Shown here in pieces: positions 55,271 to 64,000 of a stretch of DNA of 64,000 bases. Under the pieces are notes generated by a model. It saw only the letters and a program-made list of their open reading frames with translations. It did not search any database and had not been told where the DNA came from. Source of the stretch: Octopus vulgaris (lineage: Eukaryota); NCBI GenBank assembly GCA_951406725.2, contig OX597829.1, forward strand, positions 3,968,001 through 4,032,000. Reading direction: 5' to 3'. Positions within the stretch are counted from its first letter, which is position 1; every line of letters starts with the position of its first letter. The position numbers and the translations under genes are program-made.

Positions 55271-58161
55271 TACATACACTCACATGTCTGTATGCGTGTA
55301 TATATATATATATATATATTGATACAGATAGAGAGACAGACAGACAGATATGTATACGCATATACATACTCAGAAGATAATTGTTATACATGTAAAGATT
55401 CAGGGCATTTGAAACTTGTGTCCTGTTCACATATCAAATGCCTTCTTTCGAATCTTTTGGCTTGATTGTTCATGTATCATGTCCAGGTTATTTTTTTTTA
55501 ATTCCTTTCTTCAAGAAGATAGATGCCTAAATACAATGAACAAGTACCTTTTTAGATTCCACTTAGCACTGGAATTTTCTTTCTTTCCATTTGTCTTCTT
55601 GTGTCAGCCTCCCAAAAATTTTTTCTGAACTACTCCTTATTTTTTGCTTCGGGGGGGGGGGGTTATTTGCTGTTTTATTTTTGTTTATTCTTCATTCATT
55701 AATGTACTTGTCTTTTAGTGAGAATTTGTTTTTGTCTCTCAGCATCACAGAGATGTCAAAATAAAAATTACAAGCAAGTCACAGCTATTACTACTACTAC
55801 TACTACTAGACAGCTATTTTGGTGTAGTCGAGAAGAAATGGATGGAGTAAAGTACATTGTTATAGAGGAAGGAAGTAAATAATAAAGAAATACCTAACAA
55901 AAATGAAATGAATAAATAAAGACAATGTGGAATGACATACCGATCTCTGATAAATAATCATTAGAAAAATGTGTCAATGTAACCGGAAGTGTCTCTTTTG
56001 AAAAGAAAAAGAAAAAGAAAAAAGGAAGCATTATTATTTAAGGAAAGTTATGTGCCATACCAACTAATTAAACTGAAAGAGAATTTTACCTTAGAAAATA
56101 GATTTATTTTGTTTGAAAACTTTTACAAAACTAACCAAGAGATCACTTATCTTTGTCAAGTCACCTCATGATTGCCAAGTCTACAATCAGTGGGGGTCAC
56201 CACATTATAGGATCGCAGAGAGAGAAAGACTTCTGTGTAATCACTGTATGTCAAACTGCAGTGAGAGACCTCCATGTGGTTATTGTATTTCCTCAGTTGT
56301 AAGGATTTATGCTAGGTACCGAGGCCAGTTGAGGATCTGCATGGGTCTTTACGTCCTGATAACCCTGTTTTATTATCATTATAGCTGGGTTCCCTAGTAA
56401 TCAGATTATTCTGTCAAATGTAATATGCCTCATATTGTTTTGAATTAATCTTGCATTATTTTATAGCTTTGAGATTTCATTGATGTGGTTATTTTGAAAA
56501 TGACATTGTAGGGTTGGTATGAGAAGCCTGGGTTAGGTTGGTTTGAACATAAAATGTGTAGAATATTTTGGCCACACCTGGCTGGTTTAAATCAAATAGT
56601 GTACTGATTAGGGAGGTGAGAAATGAGTTTAACCACATTGTTCTGTGTTCAGTCTCACTGTATGGCACTTTGCACAAATGTCTTTTATTATAGCCCCAAG
56701 CTGATCAAAAGACCCTTGTGTGTGGATTTGGAAGAGAGAAACTGAAAGAAGCCTATTGTGTGTGTCCCACCACTGCTTGACAACTGGTATCCTTGTGTTT
56801 ATGTCCTCATAACCTAGTGGTTCAGTGAAGAGACTAATAGAATGAGTACCAGTTATAAAAAAAACTGAGGTCAGTTCATCTGACTAGAAATTCTTTGAGG
56901 CAGTGCCCCAACATGGCTGCATTTTAATGATTGAAACAAGTAAAAGATAAAAGATATATATTTTCACTTGATTTTAATACACTATTCAATGACTTTAAGT
57001 ATGAAACTATGTGTGAATGTGTACATACACACACACTCGTGCACACACACATATATATATATGATACAGCAGTATGTTATCATTCTGCTATATATTTTTA
57101 CATTCTGCTATATATTTTTTTCAATGCTTTTCATTATATGAATTCATGTCTCAAGTGGAATCAAAGTATTGGACAAAATGACACCTAAAATGGAATTGTC
57201 ACCCTGATCTGCTAACCATATGACACACTGTCATTTCTCTTTAAAATTTTATCTGTCATACACAGTTCTCTACATTGTATACCCATTACATTCAAACGAA
57301 TGTATGTGTATATATGTGTGCATGTATGTATATTTATTAATGCAAATAAGAATTCAGTGTTGGTTGAAGAAAACCAGAAGAATCAAGAGTGATTAGTAGT
57401 GCAATCACTCAGAGGCATCTTGCCTGCAACTTTGTTGAGAGGCAGCACCCACAAGTGAAAACCATCTAACACTTGCTTTGTTTTAAATTGGAAGAGACAT
57501 TTGCATCACACTTCACCTCCCACCACCGATATTCAATAAATACACATAGAACGGTTCGGTTACGTTGATGATGGTAGTGCTGCTGCTGTTGTTGTTTGTG
57601 GTGGTCGTGATGGAACACCTTTCTATATAACAATGTTTAGGTTGGGAGAAACAGTGCTGGATATTTGGTTCAGATGATGCTTTTCTTGTACAATGGTTTT
57701 TTCTGTTTCATATAATCATTTTTATCCATGATTTAGATTAGGAGGAAAAAGCAGTTTTCCGTGGCCTCTGCAAAAGCTCCGAGATTGGTCAAATTGGTGA
57801 TCGATGCAACTTGAGTTCCGTTTGGATCTGTATCCTATGAGTCAAAATTTTAGCAAGAAAATCATTCATAATTGGTAGCAGAGAGGTGTTGTGGGAGGGA
57901 GGAGAGGTTTATTTTAGATGTTACATTTGCATCTTTCATTTCAACGTTATTGTTCTTTATAATAAATGCAAAAAGTATTTTAAATATTAGGTAGAAAAAA
58001 TTTTTTAAATTAAATTTGCTACCAAACTCAGATGAAGTGGCCTGCTTTTGTTTATCTTGGACAAGAAAAGTACATATACATACACACACACATATGTGTG
58101 TGTGTGTGTGTATGTATATGTACTTTTCTTGTATGTATGTATATGTACTTTTCTATATATA

Positions 58162-58562
58162 TCTTTATATATAAAAGAGAGATTGTGTGTCTGTCTCCTA
58201 CGATTTAGATTCCTAACTACTCCCACATTTTGCAGTGCAGTTTAACCAAAACCGGGTATCTTATAGTCGTGATTCATATCGAGCCCTTCTGGATATTAGT
58301 GTGCGTCTACGACGAGTCTACGATTTAAAAAAAAATTTACCATCATTTTTTTCCATTTTAATGCATTTTTTTCGCTATTATATAAGGGAAGTAACTCTCT
58401 AAAAATGTCTACGATGAGTCAACGATTTAAAAAAAAATTTACCATCATTTTTTCCCCCCATTTTTAATGCATTTTTTTGCTATTTTTTGGCTTTAACTCT
58501 CTAAAAATGCTTATATAGTTATTTCCCTTACAAGCCCGAGCAACGCCGGGCAATACTGCTAG
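58162..58562 (+). mobile_element. Non-autonomous Helitron
   Basis: 5' A|TC(tttatatataaa); 3' GC-rich hairpin gcccg-agcaacgc-cgggc (58534-58551) followed by CTAG|T; no TSD; internal ~100-bp tandem duplication. Confidence 0.88.
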
Positions 58563-58602
<40 letters not shown>

Positions 58603-58659
58603 ATGTTATTGAAATGTAGAGTTATAGATAAGATATATAAAATTTCATATTATTTGTGT

Positions 58660-58727
<68 letters not shown>

Positions 58728-59459
58728 AGTGAGAGAGACACAAATACATTCACACATGCACAAATATGTATGTTTGTATATAATTTCATTTCATTTCCCC
58801 AAAAAAGTTGCATCTAATTTTTGAAAGAAAATGTGGAGTTCATATATATTTACAATTTCTAGTCAGGGTTGACCTGGGGTCATACACACACACACACATA
58901 TACACAAATGTTTCTAGGAGTTACAGAAGCTAAATATTTGTTTGTGTGGCTGTGTGGTAAAACGTTTGCTTCTCAGCCACATGGTTTAAGGTTCTGTCCC
59001 ACTGTGTAGCACCTTGAGCAAATGACCAACGCCATGTGAGTAAATTTGGTATATGGAAACTGAAAGAAGCCCATCATTTATATATGTGTGTGTCTTTGTG
59101 TGTGTATGTGTTTGTCCCCCACTGGTGTTGATGTGTTTACATCTGCATAACCAATAGAATAATTACCAGGCTTAAATAAAAAAAATAAAAAAGTACTGGA
59201 GTCATTTCATTCAATTAAATTTCTTTGAGGTGGTACCCCAGCATGGCCACAACCTAATGAGTGAAACAAGTAAAAAATAAAAGAATAGTTTCTGATTTAG
59301 GCACAAGTCCAGCAGTTTTAAGGGGAGGGGTTTAGTGGACACCATTAAGCCTAGCACTTGACTGGTACTTTATTTTATCGAACCCAAGATGATGAAGGGT
59401 AAAGCTGACTTTAGTGTGATTTGAACTCAGAGTTTAGAGATCTAGATGAAATGCTGTTA

Positions 59460-62400
59460 ATAGTGTGGTTTGCTATGTCAAGTATAGGTTTTTGGAAATA
59501 TGACTTTTTAGCCACAATATCATCCAAGGAATAGAAAATGTGAAGCTTCAATTTTTTTATCTGCCATCTTGCATATATGGCAACAATAATAAAATGGTTG
59601 CTGAAAAAGTCAATTATTTGATAGCTTTCTGTAATATATTCAGGGCAATAATATGGTTTTTGGCATCAAAAAATTTTAATTTAACATTTCCAAATATAAA
59701 ACAGCCACCATTTATAAAATAGAGTACATTTCATAAGGAATATGACCGCTAATATATTTTGGAACTTTGCCTCTAGGAGTTGTATAGTGAAGGAAACTAA
59801 TGATCTGTGATTCGCTCCTATGAAGGAGCTGGATGTTTTTCAAAAGCACACAATGTGAAACTGTCCAGGTTGTATGACACATTTTTCTTTAAAAGAATCC
59901 TCTAAGTATGGAATTTTCAAAGCCCTCTTGCAGAGATCCATATCCATCCAAACAGATATAAGTGGAGCGTTCTCCCCTCTAACTATCTTGTTTAATTTAG
60001 AAAGATTTTCTTGTTCTGTTATCAATGTTGACCAGTGATTGGCTACAGAACATATAATGGGTAATGAGTGTGGGTAATCTATTCTACCACCCCTCTCAGT
60101 AATCACTGAATTCTATGCCCTCCATAAAGGTATGTCCTGCTTCTTTAAGTCTAGTTTTGAATTATCATTAAATTCTTCAGTGGTAACTTCAATATCTTCA
60201 GATTCAATAGTTGGTTGATCAGCTTCACTAGAGACATATGTCTCAAATTCACAATCCTGTAGATTTCTTGTCCCACATTTCTGTCTATTGAAATGTCTGG
60301 CCAGTAGCCATGCCAGATCAATTTCCTTTGCTGCCTTGGATTCTTCATACTGACCTAGCTGGAAGTCTGGATAATGTGGACTTTGGTATGGTGTTGGTCT
60401 TCCAGTAACATTAGTCTCTTGTATATCTAGTAGTGACTTGGGTATGTCTACTAATCTCAAGTCCGTAACTTGAGATTGAGGTGTAATGGGTCATTGAAAA
60501 TCTCCTCTCCACCAGGGGCTATTTCCTGGTAAATAGCCATGGTTGTGCCATGAAAAGAGTTTCTATCGCATCTGGAGTGTCTACATGACTATCAATGTTG
60601 TCGAGTGATCCAAAGATTGGTTTGTCCTTGCTAAGATTAGCTGGAATATATATTCCTTCATTTTTCTTCATATTGTCCTTCACTACACAAGCTATCTGTG
60701 AAATATGTTTTGTTACCTTGTTGAATGGTAACCCAATTCCATAGTGGTGAAGAAAGTTAATTTCTCTCTTGCTTCCATGTGCTTGATAGGAATGGGAGGA
60801 AATTCTACATGTTAGTGGTGTTTTAATTGAAACATCAGATTTTGCCTTGTATAGCATTTGTCTATCTGGCTTGTACATCTGGATTATTCGTTGCGTTAAA
60901 TTTTGGTGCATTATGTTTACTGTATATCTTCTATCTTCACTTGTCCCAATCCTTGTACCTTCAATAATCCAACACAGCAATGAATACAGCTCATGTGGTA
61001 TATATTTGTCATCTCCCATGAGGGAGCTACTAAAGTTTCAAGAGTTATTTTTGGCTTTATGAATTGCATGTCTCATTATCCTCCTTGCATCAAAAGGCTT
61101 TTGCATGTCTTTCTCATGACTGGCTACATCCAATTTGGCATCTATAGAAGAGGAGGAGTGCTTATTAAGAATCAACACTGGTTTGTTTTGAGCAACAGCT
61201 CTTGTAAACTTGATGTTTCTGCAGAGTTTCAAAATCTTTTCCTTTCGTTGTGTATGATTTATTTCTACATTGAGTCAAGTACATCAAAATAAAAATTCAA
61301 ATGGAAATTTTAGTTAAGACACCCGTGCCGGTAACATGTAAAAAGCACCGTCCGAATGTGGCAGATGCCAGTGCCGCCTAGCTGGTGTCAGTGTCGGTGA
61401 CACGTAAAAGCACCAACCGATCAAGGCCATTTGCCAGCCTGCTCTGGCCCCTGTGCCGGTGGCATGTAAAAAACACCCACTACACTCACGGAGTGGTTGG
61501 CATTAGGAAGGGCATCCAGCCAAATCAGACTAGAGCCTGATGCAGCCTCCATGGCTTCTAGACCCCAGTCGAACCATCTAACACATGCTAGCATGGAAAA
61601 CAGACGTTAAATGATGATGATGATGATGATTATCTATACCATGGTCATTCATGCATTCTTTGTAGAACTTCTCTACCTCTATTGTAGACATAATTTTGCC
61701 ACCATCTAAAGACAGTTGTAAATCTGCAAAGAATTCAATTTCTCCTGCAATGCTTTTAACGCTACATTTTTCTTTTGTATCAGTAAGACGATTTCCACTG
61801 GTGAAGAGCAATACTTTGCTTACTCTCTTGTCATACATAATTTGTAGTACATTATATCTTTTGATAGGGATGGTGGGGGGGGTCTTTCTCAGTTATGATT
61901 TCTGCATGATTTACTTTCCAGCTATCACTTTTCTGCACATTTCATATATTTGATTCCCAATATTCTCAGTGCTGCATGTAACTTTCCTGATTCTTTCCTT
62001 TGGAAAAAGAAGAAGCATTTAGATCTTTGGAATGATTTTGATATTGATCTTGTGAAAAGCCAGATGAGGTTGATGATTCTTGAACATTGGAGCGTGAAAT
62101 GGATGGATGACCACGCTTGCGTTTAAAGGGTAATATTGTCTCCTTTGCTATTGCTGCATCATATCTAGCCTTCGTTCTCTTCAGGTGGTTGCTTTGGAAA
62201 AACACTTTCTATGCCAGAATGCTTATTGTTTTGTCAAATAATCTGCAGTAATGTCTTTGCCAAGTCTTTCTTTCAAAGTAGCAAATTCTAGATCTTTCAT
62301 GTCGACCAAAGTATTCATTCGCCTGACAAATTTTTGAAATGTTTCTACAATTGGGTTTCTCACGGTGGGCCCAGTCTTGTTGATTAGGCAGATGATGCAT

Positions 62401-63099
62401 AGTTTGTGTTTAATCAGAGGATGTTCAAGATGGATTCTTTTAGCAGGAGGTTCATCAACAGATTCCATGTCTTAATTCAAGCACATGCAAAGAGAGAGAA
62501 GAAAAATCACAATTACTGAGAGAAAACATTTGCCCCCAACCCCCCCCCCCTACCCATATGAATCCTCCCCAAAGATTTTACATATGTGGTATAAACAGCA
62601 CTCAAAATTAATTCTGACAGGTAAAATATTAAGCATTATATTCATGAACAGTAGTTATATAAGTATTTTATTTTATTTTTATTTTATCTAGTTTCAGCTC
62701 ACGAGCTGTGGCCGTGCTGGGGCACTGCCATTTTGCTGGGGCACCGCCATTTATGTTATCGAAATATTTGGCAAGATGGCCATATTTGGTAACCATTATA
62801 AGAAAAGATGACTCTCATGCACAAAATATAACTTTTTCATATTCATAAATGTCATATTTGAAATCATTGGCTTTAAAAACAATACATTGCATAATTTTAA
62901 CCGATTTTCTTTCTTAATTTGAAGGAAAATAACGCAGGATTCATGACTTTGGTCACCATTTTTAAAGATGGCCAGCAAATATCTAAGATGGCAGACGAAA
63001 AAAATGGAAACATCAATCTTTTTTCTTCCTTGACCTTCATTTTATTGAAAAAAATCATGTTTCCCAAAAATGTATCTGAAATTTTCATGGAATGACCCA
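59460..63099 (-). mobile_element. Decayed Academ (AcademX-like) DNA transposon, 3'-truncated
   Basis: Fragmented minus-strand ORFs from ATG at 62468 (MESV...KLCIIC), SKREINFLHHYG, GIYIP..L......GSLDNIDSHVDTPD/TFHGT, LPII..., WMDMDL, IQPGQFH; these match Academ transposase motifs as recalled. 5' terminus TGGGTCATTCCATG at 63099 with repeated aagatggc subterminal motifs. Interrupted by SINEs at 61320-61630 and 62685-62752. Confidence 0.75.
61320..61630 (+). mobile_element. SINE family D inserted in the transposase
   Basis: gtggttggcattaggaagggcatccagc...gacgttaaatgatgatgatg. Confidence 0.88.
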
Positions 63100-63401
63100 A
63101 TGCTGCCCCCACCCCACCATATGCATTTTGTCCGACATGCTTATGATTCTGGGTGTAGGAATTAACTTTAACTTCAGCAGTTCTAATTAAGAGATAAGTG
63201 CAAAAATGCTCTCTGTCTCTCTCTGCCCGTCTCTTTCTCTACCTGTCTTGGAAATAGATGACAGAATCAACAAATATCACAAGTCTTTTGAACTCATACA
63301 ATATTGATATATATATATATATATATATTCATGACCCCCACCCTCAGTCCCAGAAATAAGATACCTGTTTGTTTGTGCTCCACCCACCCAGTTAGCTTTA
63401 A

Positions 63402-63593
63402 CCCTTTTGTTACCATATTTATTTTGAGATGCTCAATTGATTTTAAATATAACAAAGAATTTAGTAAATTAACTTGTTTGGAACATAAATTGTGACTAAG
63501 GTTTGGTGGAAGATTTTAATTCAAAATTTATGAAAACAAGACATTTATACTTAAGAGCCAGAGCCAGTTTCAGCTGGGTTGGTAACGAAAGGG
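63402..63593. mobile_element. piggyBac-like MITE
   Basis: TTAA|cccttttgttacc ... ggtaacgaaaggg|TTAA. Confidence 0.85.
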
Positions 63594-64000
63594 TTAACAT
63601 GTTGTTTATTTATCTATTTCCCCATTATCCAATGTGTGATTCCAATATTAATACAAAAGGCAGAAATTTCAGCGAGATTTTAGCTACTGTTCTTATTAGT
63701 AGAAGCAAATATGTTTAGGTACCCTTAATTGTGTTCTGATGTTTAATCCTATAGTCTGTTGTTATTGAATAAAACTATGGTCAAAAGCTTTCCAACCATG
63801 ACCATTCCATCTATTTTTTCAGTGTGCATATTGCTGCATTGTCCACTGTACCCCATCTCCTTTTTTTACTAAGGTGATAGGATATATAATTTAAGAGAGA
63901 TTTGGCTGCTATTTCTCTCATTAGCTCACTGGTAGTTGGGTGTAGCTGATTGTACACCAACGACTTTAACTTTCTGTTTATATAAACATACATGCACAAA

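Noticed and set aside
55394-55457. Short hairpin containing gaaacttgtgtc, identical to the 3' part of the 4742-4828 hammerhead
   Set aside because: No CUGANGA upstream; may be chance.
56395-56592. Second piggyBac-like MITE
   Set aside because: Interior looks repeat-like but TTAA/CCC termini are not preserved.

Overview
AT-rich, microsatellite-saturated non-coding animal DNA. The SINE repertoire looks cephalopod (Octopus-like); this is an inference, not a database match. No intact host protein-coding gene or tRNA/rRNA gene is supportable, and almost all ORFs in the track are translations of (TA)n/(CA)n/(AAT)n/(CT)n repeats or SINEs. The window is a transposon graveyard. It holds about 40 copies of four SINE families plus two other interspersed repeats, and decayed coding remnants of an Academ-type transposase (59.5-63.1 kb), an L1/Tx1 endonuclease (32.4-33.5 kb), a Penelope-like RT (7.1-7.6 kb) and an RTE 3' end. 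It also has well-delimited non-autonomous DNA elements: Merlin-like, hAT, Tigger-like and piggyBac-like MITEs, and a Helitron. The most interesting signal is a set of hammerhead-ribozyme cores, several inside fold-back elements next to TA microsatellites; one (4742-4828, minus) has a complete canonical core. Also notable are GGTATT-junction tandemisation of one SINE family and an apparent CpG-rich to CpG-depleted switch near 28 kb.
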